64,000 nt of DNA. Origin: a virus. A model generated the notes under the pieces. That model was given only the letters and a program-made list of their open reading frames with translations. It was not told where the DNA came from and did not search any database. The translations under genes and the position numbers were made by a program. Where the stretch lies: IMG/VR virus record IMGVR_UViG_3300033233_000015, positions 1 through 64,000 of that record, one strand, 5' to 3'. Shown here one piece after another: positions 16,976-27,343 of this stretch (its first letter is position 1; the number at the start of each line of letters is the position of its first letter).

Positions 16976-17599
16976 ATGCACAGCGCTCTCGCTCACGTCG
17001 CGCACGATCCGATCAGCCCCTTCACCTTCGACTACCGAGGCACCAAGACGGTGATCTCGAAGGCTAGAGGACGCTGGTGTTACGGGCACAGTGGCGGTCG
17101 TGGGAAACGATGCGCACCGACGTTTCGCCAAGCCGTCATCTTGGCCAAGCATGCCGTCGATGCACGTCACCAGTACGGCCACGAGAATCCTGCCACTCCA
17201 GCCACGGAGAACTCGGGCGGAGGAGGCGTCCTTCTCGCTCTCGTCGCAGCAGCTCTCGCCGGTGGCGGCGTGTACCTCTACATGAGGCACAACGCGAACA
17301 CGGCAGCCATCACCGATCCCGCGCAGATCATCATGGCGAAGATCAACCTCGAGCAGGTAGCCGGGAACCCCAGTCTTCACTTCACGTACAAGCGCGATCA
17401 ACCGATGACGTCTGCGACGCCGGCGTTCGCACAGGGCCTCTCACAATTTCAGGTCGCATTCAATCGCTTGGTGACGCCGGACAAGCTTGCTGATCTTCAG
17501 AAAGATTTGGGCCAGGCGAAGTTGCCTGCGTTTCCGCTTCGCACTGACGGCGTGCTCGATCGACCGACGTTCGACTGGCTCATCTACGCGCAGGGCTAG
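16976..17599 (+). CDS. NP-linked membrane protein with a peptidoglycan-binding-like C-terminal motif
   Basis: TG-n-TAGGCT-N6-ATG; GHENP then TM; FQ..FN...L.TDGVLD..T. Confidence 0.6.
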   Translation: MHSALAHVAHDPISPFTFDYRGTKTVISKARGRWCYGHSGGRGKRCAPTFRQAVILAKHAVDARHQYGHENPATPATENSGGGGVLLALVAAALAGGGVYLYMRHNANTAAITDPAQIIMAKINLEQVAGNPSLHFTYKRDQPMTSATPAFAQGLSQFQVAFNRLVTPDKLADLQKDLGQAKLPAFPLRTDGVLDRPTFDWLIYAQG

Positions 17600-17602
17600 T
17601 TC

Positions 17603-18250
17603 GTGAAGTCGTCACCGACAGCGAGCTTCGCGGCAGCTACCTATCCGCTTCCTCCTAACCGTGCCGGCATTGCCGGCAACCATCAGGAGGGATCGCTTAT
17701 TATCGGTGGGCAACCGACGATTCAGATTGCAGTAGCCGATCCCCCTTTCGACCTCATGGGCGTTGTCATTTCTCCCTTGGGGCTTGGCGATTTTTTCGCC
17801 GAGGTCGCCGCGTATTTCTACGCGAACTTCGGCCAGGCGTCGGCAGCTCGGTTTCAGCTCATCGGGATTCAGGGCGGGCTCACAATCAATGGCGCCGATC
17901 CGGCCGTCGGATTTTACCAGGCGCAACCGGATGGTGGGAATCCGCCGATTCAGCCCATCGTTCTTGGCGCAACGACGCGGATTTTGCTCGATACGGGTGG
18001 GCATCTTCCCGCCCCGACCTTCCCGCTCGTAGAGTCGATCAGCATGGCGGCGCTTCCGGCTTTCAACGAGACACGCAGTTTCGCTCCCGTAGGTTCGCCG
18101 CCTGTTGCCAACCAAAATAACTTCCCCGTCGCAAACGGCAAGGTGTGGTTCGGGCTTCGAATCGTCTCCGTTACTGGAACGGACATCGTATTTGGGCCCA
18201 GCCCCATCGACGGTCCCATCGGGACGATCTTCGCGCAGGAGATTGGTTAG
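17603..18250 (+). CDS. Hypothetical Pro/Gly-rich, beta-rich protein (possible virion protein)
   Basis: ORF composition only. Confidence 0.5.
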   Translation: MKSSPTASFAAATYPLPPNRAGIAGNHQEGSLIIGGQPTIQIAVADPPFDLMGVVISPLGLGDFFAEVAAYFYANFGQASAARFQLIGIQGGLTINGADPAVGFYQAQPDGGNPPIQPIVLGATTRILLDTGGHLPAPTFPLVESISMAALPAFNETRSFAPVGSPPVANQNNFPVANGKVWFGLRIVSVTGTDIVFGPSPIDGPIGTIFAQEIG

Positions 18251-18286
18251 ATGGTCGACACGACAGACACTCCCGCGTAACGGTTG

Positions 18287-18502
18287 ATGGCAGCTCATCG
18301 AACTTCCATGGAGCACACGAGCACTGCTCTACTTCTCCTCGAGTGGGACAACAACCAATGTCGTCTCTGCGGCGGAACGCGTCCGAACCACGAGATCGGT
18401 TGCGTCATCGATCACGCGCTCGCTGAACGTGGTCTCGACACGCAGAAGAACCGCGACAGCGCGCGAAAACTCATCGAGCTGACGCCGCCAATCGTTCGCT
18501 GA
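18287..18502 (+). CDS. Small Cys/His-containing hypothetical protein
   Basis: CRLC...H..GC pattern. Confidence 0.5.
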   Translation: MAAHRTSMEHTSTALLLLEWDNNQCRLCGGTRPNHEIGCVIDHALAERGLDTQKNRDSARKLIELTPPIVR

Positions 18503-18529
18503 TACCATCAAGGCACACGAAGGCGAGTC

Positions 18530-19141
18530 ATGAGCAAGAAGAAGAAATACAACCCGGAGAAGAGAACCTGGCGCGGTAAGTCCTACAAGAAGGGTGGGAA
18601 GCGTGTGCGGGACATCCGTACGAAGCTTCAAGCCAAAAGCATCAGCGAGGACTTCCACCATCGCGAAACACTCTCATTCAACTCGCTCGAGCTCTTCGAG
18701 AACCCGATCCTCTTCGAGAACCCCATCTCGGATGGAGCCAAGATGGCGATCGGAGCGGGTGTAGTCGCAGCGCTCGGTCTCGGAGCGTACTTTCTGTTCA
18801 AGCCCGCGACGGCTGCATCACCTTCGACTTCGGCGTCAACGACACCCTCATCGAGGCCGCTTGCCGAACCTGTGCATGATCGCGCTGAGCCACCGCCTCC
18901 TCCTTCTATCGTTGGTGGTTCGATCAACGATCGGTACATCTACGCCGCTGTGCAGATGTGGAACGGTACTACTTGGCAGCCCGTCGAAGAGGGTTGGATG
19001 CTGACATCGCACGCCCGCGCGATTCAGAGCAGCGTCGGCCATGCATTCTGGTTGTACTGGGACTTCTGGCGACCAGCACCCGTCAACGATTGGCACAGCG
19101 TCAAGACGCCGCCGGATGGACAACTCGACATCGCCATCTAG
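18530..19141 (+). CDS. Basic N-terminus, duplicated LFENP linker, TM and Trp-rich domain
   Basis: ELFENPILFENPISDGAKMAIG plus TM; ctcttcgagaaccc repeated at DNA level. Confidence 0.7.
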   Translation: MSKKKKYNPEKRTWRGKSYKKGGKRVRDIRTKLQAKSISEDFHHRETLSFNSLELFENPILFENPISDGAKMAIGAGVVAALGLGAYFLFKPATAASPSTSASTTPSSRPLAEPVHDRAEPPPPPSIVGGSINDRYIYAAVQMWNGTTWQPVEEGWMLTSHARAIQSSVGHAFWLYWDFWRPAPVNDWHSVKTPPDGQLDIAI

Positions 19142-19317
19142 TTCACTTCTCCGTGCTTATGAGCGTGCCGTAGCAGCGTACGCATGTACTGCGAAGCAGT
19201 GACACCGGCTGCTTCCGACAGGTCGCGTAGCCACGACACCTCGTCAGGCGTCATCCGAATACGGAGCGTGAACGTCTTAGGTGCAGGACGCACAAAGAGT
19301 CCGTTCTTTTTCTTCAC
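19138..19317 (-). CDS. Ribbon-helix-helix DNA-binding protein (59 aa)
   Basis: Manual translation TFTLRIRMTPDEVSWLRDLSEAAGVTASQYMRTLL; too short for the ORF track. Confidence 0.7.
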   Translation of the reverse strand: MKKKNGLFVRPAPKTFTLRIRMTPDEVSWLRDLSEAAGVTASQYMRTLLRHAHKHGEVN

Positions 19318-20238
19318 GACGGTTCCTCTGCATCAGGCGGAATGCTTCCCGGTGCATCGAAGATCGATTTGCGGTCGAGCCAACGATGTCCAATCCACTC
19401 GCCTTCTTTCGACATCCATTTTTGTAGGCACGATCCTTCATGCCCGTGCGTTCGATCGCAGCGCGCACCGCTGTAGCGCTTGAGGCACTGCACCTCTGGA
19501 CTTTCTGCCCACCGATCGCAACCGTCTTCGCCGTCTTTCACGCCAAAGAGACCGCAGTTGCGACACGCGATCTGAACATCGGGGTCCACACCGTTCGGTG
19601 GGCGGACACGCGCCTCTTCAGGCGTCGGAACAGAGTGCTTTTTCACGGAGCACTCCGCCCAGCATCGGCGTGGAGGATGCGGTCGCGCACGAACCGAAGC
19701 GCAATGGCCGTCGCTTGTGCCGCCGGCGTATCGGGGTTCTCGAGGATGAACGACCGCGCCTCCGCATCACACCACTTCGCGATGGCCTCGCGCTCGCGCT
19801 CCACGCGGTGCTTCGCGAACAGTTGGACGCAATTCTGGCCTGGATTCTCCATGACGAGCGCTTCGAGGTTCATTCCCGCTTCGCGGGCGCGCTTGAAGAG
19901 TGGCAGGATGTACTCGCGTTCGTAGGTCTTCCATTTCTCGGTGGCTTCGCGCAGAGACAATTCGAGCTTGTCGCGCTGATCGAGCAGGCACCACCCACAC
20001 ACGGAGATCGTTCCTCCGTTCACCGAGTCGCTGTCGACGACGACTTGCGGTCTCTTGCACGTCCGACACGGCTCGAGCGACGGATTCACGCGCTCTCCTC
20101 GGACTTGACGAGCTCGAACATGACGAAGCCGTCGTGGATTTTGTCGTCGTCCTTGAGCTCGAGGCCGTGTTTCTTCAACTCTGCGTTCACCTTCTCGATG
20201 ATGTCTTCGGGGTGATCGTCGTATTCGATGCGGATCAT
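19314..20238 (-). CDS. Run of three small hypothetical genes (19314-19646, 19643-20089, 20086-20238)
   Basis: GTGA-coupled ORFs, two with CxxC motifs. Confidence 0.55.
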
Positions 20239-20644
20239 GTGACGATGGTCTCTTTCTCGGCCTTCTTCGCGGTCTTCTCAGCATTCCGCCACGGTCATCC
20301 CGTCGTACGGATACTCCGAGCCTCGGTCGCGATCCTGTTGAAGCCAGAGCTCCAAACGGATCGCGCGCTCGCGGGCTCGAAAGGAGGTGCCGCGAACTTT
20401 CGTCGCGACGTCGAAGTGTTTGGATCCCATGCCCCATGAACCATCGGCAGCGGATCGCTCTGACAGTTTGCCCATACCCCGACGACGCCCGTCCGACCCC
20501 TTTCTGATCGGAAATCGTCGAAATCGACATCCGACGGCGAGCGGGGATGCACATCTCCCCCGCATCCGTCCGTACGTCTGTCGCGTACGGTTCGGCGGCG
20601 TAGATGCATATGTCACCGCATCCATTCACTCGTGACAATCGTCT

Positions 20645-20989
20645 TCACCTGAGTCTCCCGAGCTCGTCGCACCATCGCGCGATCGTCGTTTCGGTGCTCT
20701 CGTCCTTGCCCGCTCGCAGGACGACGTGCGCGATGCTCCACTCGATGCACCATGCCTGCCACGCGAACTGCTCGTCGGACAGACGCCCCGTCGCGGTCTT
20801 CAGTTCGATCTCGATGTGTCGGCCGCCGCGGCAGATGCCCCAAAGATCGCATTGGCCAGCCACGCCGAACGTCACCTTTCGCTTTCCGAAGCGCGCGACA
20901 CCGACGTTGCGGCGGAACAATCTGAGATCGGGTAGCAGGCGAGGGGCGGCGAGAAGGAGCGCTGCTTGAAGTTGAGATTCAAGAGACAT
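20645..20989 (-). CDS. VRR-NUC domain nuclease
   Basis: ESQLQ, FRRNVG, G..DL, IELKT.TGRLS.EQ..W. Confidence 0.9.
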   Translation of the reverse strand: MSLESQLQAALLLAAPRLLPDLRLFRRNVGVARFGKRKVTFGVAGQCDLWGICRGGRHIEIELKTATGRLSDEQFAWQAWCIEWSIAHVVLRAGKDESTETTIARWCDELGRLR

Positions 20990-21572
20990 GCTTCCACGTC
21001 TTTCGCGAGCACATGACGCTGATGACTGGCGGAGCCACTCCGTATTCGTCGGCGATCGATGTTTGCAGTTCTCCCGCTTCGACGCGCGCGCGAATCGAAC
21101 GCACGGCGCCGTCGTTGATCAGCTTCTTGATCCGGTTGCCAGAGATGAGACGCACGAGAGTCGATCGGACGTAGCCTCTGCACGATCTCGACTTCGATGC
21201 CATGTCCTTCATGTTGTCATCGTTCGTCCCGAGGAAGAGGTGTCGAGGACTGAAGCACGGACGTACGTCGCATTTGTGCAGAACGAAGAGTCCGTCGGGG
21301 ACGTCACCGTGCACAACCTGCCACGCGAATCGGTGAAGGAGGATCTTCTTTCCGCCGATCGTGACTCTCGTGTGCCCGGTTCGTAACGGGCTAAACGGTG
21401 AGAGGAGGCATTCGTCGCTATCGTGCGCCAGGATGATCGACTTCAGGAGATCGATTCGCGATCGGTTTCTGAAGATCGCGGAGCACGACATGGAGCAGAA
21501 GATCCGATCGCCGCGAACGCGAACGCTGTCGAAGAAATAGCAGCCGCACTCCTTGCACATGAACTGCGTCAT
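20979..21572 (-). CDS. HNH homing endonuclease
   Basis: HRFAW...VLHKCDVRPC.SP.HLFLGT.DDN.KDM. Confidence 0.85.
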   Translation of the reverse strand: MTQFMCKECGCYFFDSVRVRGDRIFCSMSCSAIFRNRSRIDLLKSIILAHDSDECLLSPFSPLRTGHTRVTIGGKKILLHRFAWQVVHGDVPDGLFVLHKCDVRPCFSPRHLFLGTNDDNMKDMASKSRSCRGYVRSTLVRLISGNRIKKLINDGAVRSIRARVEAGELQTSIADEYGVAPPVISVMCSRKTWKHVS

Positions 21573-21589
21573 CGGCGTGGATCGACCTC

Positions 21590-23863
21590 TCATCGGAAGA
21601 TGACCAACTTGTCGGAGCTGCGCGTCACGGCCGTGTAGATCCATCGCGTTCGTTTCTCGACGGGCATCCGATGTACCCCGTCGAGCACGACGGCGACCTT
21701 CTCGGCCTGGCTCCCCTGCATCTTGTGGCACGTGAGCGCGTAGCCGTAGTCGTAGAGATCACCGAGAGACGCCAGCGGCGCGACGCCGAGCTCGCTCGCG
21801 CGGTCGAAGTCGATCGTCTTCTCGGCGTAGAACTGAAGACCGCTCATCTCGACGTCTCTCGTCAGGCCGTCTTCGGGGAAGCTCACTTGGCATGTCCACT
21901 TCGGGCGCTTCTCGTTGTCGTCGTGACCGACGTCGCTCGCGATGATGCCGCGCATGCCGTTGAAGATGGGCGGCTTGTTCTTGAGACAGATGACGGCGTC
22001 GCCCTTCTGCGGCGGTAGATCGCTCGAGCCGAAGATCGCGTGACGCGCGCTGCGGTTGATCGTCGCTCGAGTTCGGTTCGTCCAGCAAATGACGACCATC
22101 GAGAGCATGTCATCGCGACCCGGCACGAAGCTCTTCGCCACGAAGTCGCCGAGCCCTCGATCGCTCACCATCCACACGTGCTTGTCGTCGCAGAAGCGCG
22201 TGTGCACGTCGCCGTTCTCTCGGACGTACTTGCTGAGCGCGATGATGGGGTTCGACTCGGCCTGCCGATGAATCTTCTCGAGGCGGATATCGGGGTGGCG
22301 CATGAGAGATCCCGATCCGCGTACGGGCTCTAGCTGGCCGTGATCGCCGACCGCCAAGATCGGCACGTCGTAGCGAAGCATCGACTCGAGCATCTCGTCG
22401 CTCACCATCGACGCCTCGTCGACGACGATGAGCTTGTACTGTCTGTCGAGCTCCTGACGACGGATGAACCTCGCGTTGTCACACACGCGGCAGCGACCCT
22501 CCTTGCGCGGCTTCGGAGGAGGAGGATCGCAGCCGAGGCAGGGACCGAGGTCGACGCGATCGGCGAGTTCCGCGGAGTTCTCGTCAAGCCGATCGATCGC
22601 GGGAAGCGCGCGGCAGTTGAGGTTGATCCTGCGGTGTCCGTAGATCACTTCCTTCGGCATGCACTCGGGGCACGGCCTGTAGATGAGCCCATGGATCGTG
22701 CCGCAGTAGGGGAGCGACACGGGGAGTCGTTCGCCCGCCTCGTCGTAGACGGCGATGTCCGTAGTCGTCGTGACGCCGTGCTCCTTCAACTTGCGGCCGA
22801 GCACGCTCGACGCCTTGCCCGTGAACGCGCAGAACGCGAGCGGCTGCGGCAGCTCGTGCGCCAGCACCGACACTACGGTCGTCTTGCCCGTGTTGTGAAC
22901 GATGATGCCGTTGGCGACGAAGTTGTTGGCCGGTGGCTCCATCTGAACGTCGTAGGTCGCCTCTTCGCCCATCTTGCGAACGCGAATCACCTTCACGGCG
23001 CGGGTAAATTCTTTGTGGAAGTGTTTGTGGGATTCCTTTCCGTGGATGCGTGCGTGTTCGGCGTGTGGCAGCACCGACAGGTTGCTGATGTCGTCGTTGA
23101 GCGTGTCTTCGTCGATGTGATGAACGTTCATGCCCTTAGGCAGATACTTGAACGACTTCGATGCCCCCGCGTTGTGCTTGAGCGCGTGCACGAACTCTTC
23201 GTAAGAGACGTTGTTCATGGTCGCCTCCACGACCAATTTGGCGCGAGCGACACGCACGTAGTCGTACGCGACGCCGTTACACAAGACGCGCTTGCGTGAT
23301 CCGATGGGGTGGTAGCGAGTGTTGATGATCACGCGCGGCGGACGCATGTCTAGCGACCGTCGACCCGCCCCATTTCCGGCGAGCATTGCTCCTTGCGCGA
23401 GCACCTTGTCCCCCACGCTGAGCGATTCGGCCTGCACGAATTCTCCGCCAGGCGTCGCGACAGGGTGGTCTCCCGTCAGTACCAGATGCCTGCCGTTGCT
23501 GAAGTCGACGCGCATCACTGGTTTCACGCCGGAGGCCAACACCGCTACGACTCTATTGCGCGAGATGGTTCCGTCGGACCAGAGAGAGTGAAGATGCGTC
23601 GGCATCGTCAGATCGATCCATCGACCAGCGCCGCGTTGCCCGTCCACCCTGAATCCGTTGAACTTCAAGTAGAGGTCGCGGAGGCTGATAGGACGACTGC
23701 TTACGCGAGACCCGCGGCTGTACCGAACGACCGTGTCTCCAGACAGGCACCCCGCATAGCCCGCGAACGTGAGCGCCTGCTTCGTCTCCGTGCCTCGATG
23801 GAGCCACGTCAGGATGCCCGAGTACGCTTCGCGCTGGTCAGGGCTGAGGTCGTTCTTGTTCAT
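21590..23863 (-). CDS. Dda/RecD-like SF1B helicase with an intein in Walker A
   Basis: GYAG|intein|TGKTT, AFTGKA, VDEASMV, GDHGQL, HRQA, YALTCHKMQGS, YTAVTR. Confidence 0.9.
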   Translation of the reverse strand: MNKNDLSPDQREAYSGILTWLHRGTETKQALTFAGYAGCLSGDTVVRYSRGSRVSSRPISLRDLYLKFNGFRVDGQRGAGRWIDLTMPTHLHSLWSDGTISRNRVVAVLASGVKPVMRVDFSNGRHLVLTGDHPVATPGGEFVQAESLSVGDKVLAQGAMLAGNGAGRRSLDMRPPRVIINTRYHPIGSRKRVLCNGVAYDYVRVARAKLVVEATMNNVSYEEFVHALKHNAGASKSFKYLPKGMNVHHIDEDTLNDDISNLSVLPHAEHARIHGKESHKHFHKEFTRAVKVIRVRKMGEEATYDVQMEPPANNFVANGIIVHNTGKTTVVSVLAHELPQPLAFCAFTGKASSVLGRKLKEHGVTTTTDIAVYDEAGERLPVSLPYCGTIHGLIYRPCPECMPKEVIYGHRRINLNCRALPAIDRLDENSAELADRVDLGPCLGCDPPPPKPRKEGRCRVCDNARFIRRQELDRQYKLIVVDEASMVSDEMLESMLRYDVPILAVGDHGQLEPVRGSGSLMRHPDIRLEKIHRQAESNPIIALSKYVRENGDVHTRFCDDKHVWMVSDRGLGDFVAKSFVPGRDDMLSMVVICWTNRTRATINRSARHAIFGSSDLPPQKGDAVICLKNKPPIFNGMRGIIASDVGHDDNEKRPKWTCQVSFPEDGLTRDVEMSGLQFYAEKTIDFDRASELGVAPLASLGDLYDYGYALTCHKMQGSQAEKVAVVLDGVHRMPVEKRTRWIYTAVTRSSDKLVIFR
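22892..23749 (-). mobile_element. Intein (286 aa) with in-frame HNH domain
   Basis: Starts CLSGDT; block B LTGDHPV; ends IIVHN with +1 Thr; internal HHIDEDTLNDDISNL. Confidence 0.92.
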
Positions 23864-26103
23864 CGCGGCGACGTGATCGGAACGAAGATGTCGCACGCGC
23901 ACGGTTTGCCGTCGTCACGGGTGCCGGAGCACGACGGCTTGGACAAATCCTCGATCTGAGGCGATGGAGGATTCGAGAACACCAGTGATCGGTGAACATC
24001 TCGCATGTGACCGCATCGACACCTATCGTCTTTTTTCATTTCGTTCCTCCGTGCGGTGACGATCCGACGACGTCGACGACGTTCCACGCAAGGCCGCTCG
24101 GTGTGAGTTCTAGATCGGGCGCGCACCTCGGGCAGTGCCAAGCGACAGTGGGGATTCGAGACGCAGCGAGATCGGACTCGATGCGCTCGAGATCGCGCGC
24201 GTCGGGATCGCATCCGCAGGTCTCGCAGGTCCACTTCTTGTGATTCATCGGTATGTCCTCCCCTGCTTCCCGCTGACGTGAACGCATCCGTGCCTAAGCC
24301 ACGAGAGCCACGCCCCCATGATCGACATCGCTTCGCGCTGCGCGGCCTCGATCAAATGCTGCTGGAGGCGCTTCGGCGCGCAGCCGCAGACACGAATCGT
24401 GCGACCCAGGATGGTCGTCGACACGATCGGTGAACCGTCGGGTTGCAAGTGCATGTCGATCACGAACCGATGCCGACGATGCCGACGTTGTCCTTGATCT
24501 CCAGGCTCTCGAACGCGAGGTCGCTGATCGCGTGTCCCCACACGCCATACTGCTTGTGCTTCTTGTAGACAGCCTTGTACGCGCGCGCGAGCTGCCAGAG
24601 CAGGTAGCCGACAGACATCTGCTCGCGCTTGTTGCACGTGTACGGCTTGATCGTCACGCGAGCCACCTTGCTCAGCGGGTACGTGAGATCGAACGTGTAC
24701 GTCCTCGTCGGGAGATAGCTCTCGGTCGTCGCGAACGCTCCGCGACGGCGGCGACGGCTCTTGCCGAGCCGCGCTCCGCTAATGAGAGACCACTGCTCGG
24801 GCTTGAGCGTCGCAGCCGTCTCGACGTCTACGAAGAGCGAGAGATCGACCTCGCGCTGCGCGTCGTGCGAGGCACGCATGTCGGAGATGCGAAACATGCC
24901 GCGAGGCAGTTTTCGCTTGTGTTTGACGCTCGGTGGTGGCGGCGTCGGGATGCGTTTGATCTCCGTCGCGGGCTTCCTGCGACGGAACGTCATCGGCGGA
25001 GGAGTCGCCTTCGCAGGCAGGCCCTTGTGGACGACACGAATCGGCTTGCCGACCTCGACGAGCTCCACCATCTCGATCTCGGGTTCGGGGATCGTGTATG
25101 TCGGTTTCGCGCGCATCCACGCCGGCATTGGTCCGCGCGACGGCGGCCAGTTCATGAGACCGATCACCCTCTTCTTCGCTTTTTTTTTCATGTCGATTCC
25201 TCCATCCGCTTCATCCGCCTCGCCTCGTGCCCTCGCCTCCCGTTCGCTCTCGAGTCCACGCAGTACGTGCAGAACATCGGGTGATTGCACCCGACGCGCC
25301 ACTCGCGAGGTCGTCCGCACGTGCTGCACATCGCGATGCCGATCGCGTCATCCACCGCAGCGCCGACGAAGGCCGCAGCGGAGGTGATCAGCGGAACACC
25401 GCCAGCGGTCCACTTCGGCGCGAGCCGAACAGGGCTCTTCCTCCCTCGGTAGACGCTCCACGCGCGAGCTTCGGGGGCGCGGCTCTCATACAGGAAGGAG
25501 AGGGGGCTACCCTTCGCTCCGAGGTGCTGCGCCTCTTCGAAGAGCTCGAGGATCTCGTCACGGAGGTGGCTCACAAGAAGATGACGACGCGCCCGCGCAT
25601 CGCCCTCGCGAAGAGGCATGCATCGTCGTGCATGCGATACGGCATCGAGCAGAACGCGCAGCGGCGAAACCACCTCATCACGACCTCTTTTTCTGATCGG
25701 CGACCCACGCGACAACGGATCGATGAAGGTTCTCTCTGTGCGAGCTCGTCAGGTGCCAGGCGATCTGGCCTCCGATGTGCCACTCGAAGACGAAGAGCGC
25801 GATGGCGGTCGCGCGCTGTTCGATCTTCTCGCCTAGCGTCACGCACGCGGAGAAGATCGGGTTCGGATCGCGGAAGATCGCACTCGCGCGTGCGCGCGTC
25901 TCGCCACGCAGCATCGACGCCGACGTAACGGTGGAACCCCACTCCTCGAGCAGCTTGCAGACGTCGGGACGCTGGCCGTTCGAGGCGTACATCGCTTCGT
26001 TCTGACCTCGAAGGACGATGAAGAAGGCGAAGCCGAGACCGCCGAGCGATTCGTCGAGGGTCTTGGCGAGATCGCGTAGCGCGCTTTCGGTGGTGTCGCT
26101 CAT
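23860..26103 (-). CDS. Cluster of small hypothetical genes (23860-24039, 24036-24248, 24245-24454, 24460-25191, 25678-26103 and others)
   Basis: Overlapping start/stop coupling, GGAGG SDs, several Cys motifs. Confidence 0.5.
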
Positions 26104-27047
26104 CGCAAGAGGAAGCCTTCACCGTGGAGCTTGAAGAGGATGCGTCCCGCTTCGAGATCGTGGCGCTCCTTCACGGGGCGGACGACGAAGCCCTCGCGCA
26201 CGTGCGGCGCGAGCGTCGACTTGCCTTCAGCATGCAGGCGCAGTTCTCCGTCCCACGGACCACGGAAGAGAACAGGGACAGTGGGGACGCCGAGTTTCTC
26301 CGCCAACGCGAAGAAGTCGTCCGCGTCAAGCCAGCATCGCGTCTTCACATCGATCGCATCGAAGAGGCGCAAGCCGACATCGCCCGTCGAGACACCGTAC
26401 GGAAATCCGCCGGTGTACCCGTGCGTCTCGCCGTAGATACCGATGTTGGGATGCTCAGCGAGCTTCTCCGTCAAGCTGTACTTGCGCGCCGCCATCCACC
26501 ACTTCGACGAGGGCACGTCGAGCTTGAAGCGCGTGCGAGATCCGACCCACAAGCGTGTACCGTCGTGAACGTAGCGCGCGTTCTCGCCGTGGAGTTTCTC
26601 GGTGAGCACGACCTCCTCACCGAGGACGAGCTTGTCGGGGTAGCGACGCAGGCCCTCGACGTCGTACACCGGCAGCAGCCCCGGATCGCGTTCGTCGCCG
26701 CCGCCTTCCTTCTCCTCGGGCGGTTCGTACTTCGTGATCGATAGCGCGGCGGCAACGTCGTCGCCCTCGGACATGCCGACGTCAGCCCTCGTGAGGAGCC
26801 CCATCGAGAAGACGCCGCGGAGTCTCTTCGCGCGGATGCGGCGGTGATCGCCGAGGAACGCGAAGCGAAGATCGTTCGGCGCCACAACGGCGTCGACTGG
26901 CACGTACACCGCGAGATCGCCTTCGGCGAAGTCGCCGGTGCGGATGATGATCGGGTAACCGCGCACGCTTGTTATCGATAGACTGTCGGCGTTCGGATGC
27001 TTCGTCAGTGCGCCAACGCGCACCACTTCAACGTGAAATTCGCTCAT
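26100..27047 (-). CDS. RNA ligase, DRB0094/Rnl5-like
   Basis: N-terminal HPNADSL...LRGVFSMGL domain; motif I EKLHGEN, YGE, FD, EGFV and FK. Confidence 0.85.
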   Translation of the reverse strand: MSEFHVEVVRVGALTKHPNADSLSITSVRGYPIIIRTGDFAEGDLAVYVPVDAVVAPNDLRFAFLGDHRRIRAKRLRGVFSMGLLTRADVGMSEGDDVAAALSITKYEPPEEKEGGGDERDPGLLPVYDVEGLRRYPDKLVLGEEVVLTEKLHGENARYVHDGTRLWVGSRTRFKLDVPSSKWWMAARKYSLTEKLAEHPNIGIYGETHGYTGGFPYGVSTGDVGLRLFDAIDVKTRCWLDADDFFALAEKLGVPTVPVLFRGPWDGELRLHAEGKSTLAPHVREGFVVRPVKERHDLEAGRILFKLHGEGFLLR

Positions 27048-27343
27048 GTCGATGCCTCCTTCAAGACCCACGTCTCGCCGGTTACTTCTGCCTGGTACTT
27101 CGCGCACTCCTCGCAGAGCTCCGCGTTGACGACGCCGAAGATGACATCGCGCTTGGCGTGCGTCGCCTTACGAAAGCAGCCGGCCTTGCACGGGTGGAGC
27201 CTCGCTTCGAGGCTCTCGATGCGCGACTGAAGGGTCGCAGAGCGAAGCGCCTCTGCGTCAAGCTGCGCGCGTAGGCGCACGATGCAGAATTGATCACCGC
27301 CGCGCTGGCCGTGCGGGCACGGAGGTATCGCGTCTTCGGTCAT
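27044..27343 (-). CDS. Hypothetical protein
   Basis: Translationally coupled ORF. Confidence 0.5.
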   Translation of the reverse strand: MTEDAIPPCPHGQRGGDQFCIVRLRAQLDAEALRSATLQSRIESLEARLHPCKAGCFRKATHAKRDVIFGVVNAELCEECAKYQAEVTGETWVLKEAST

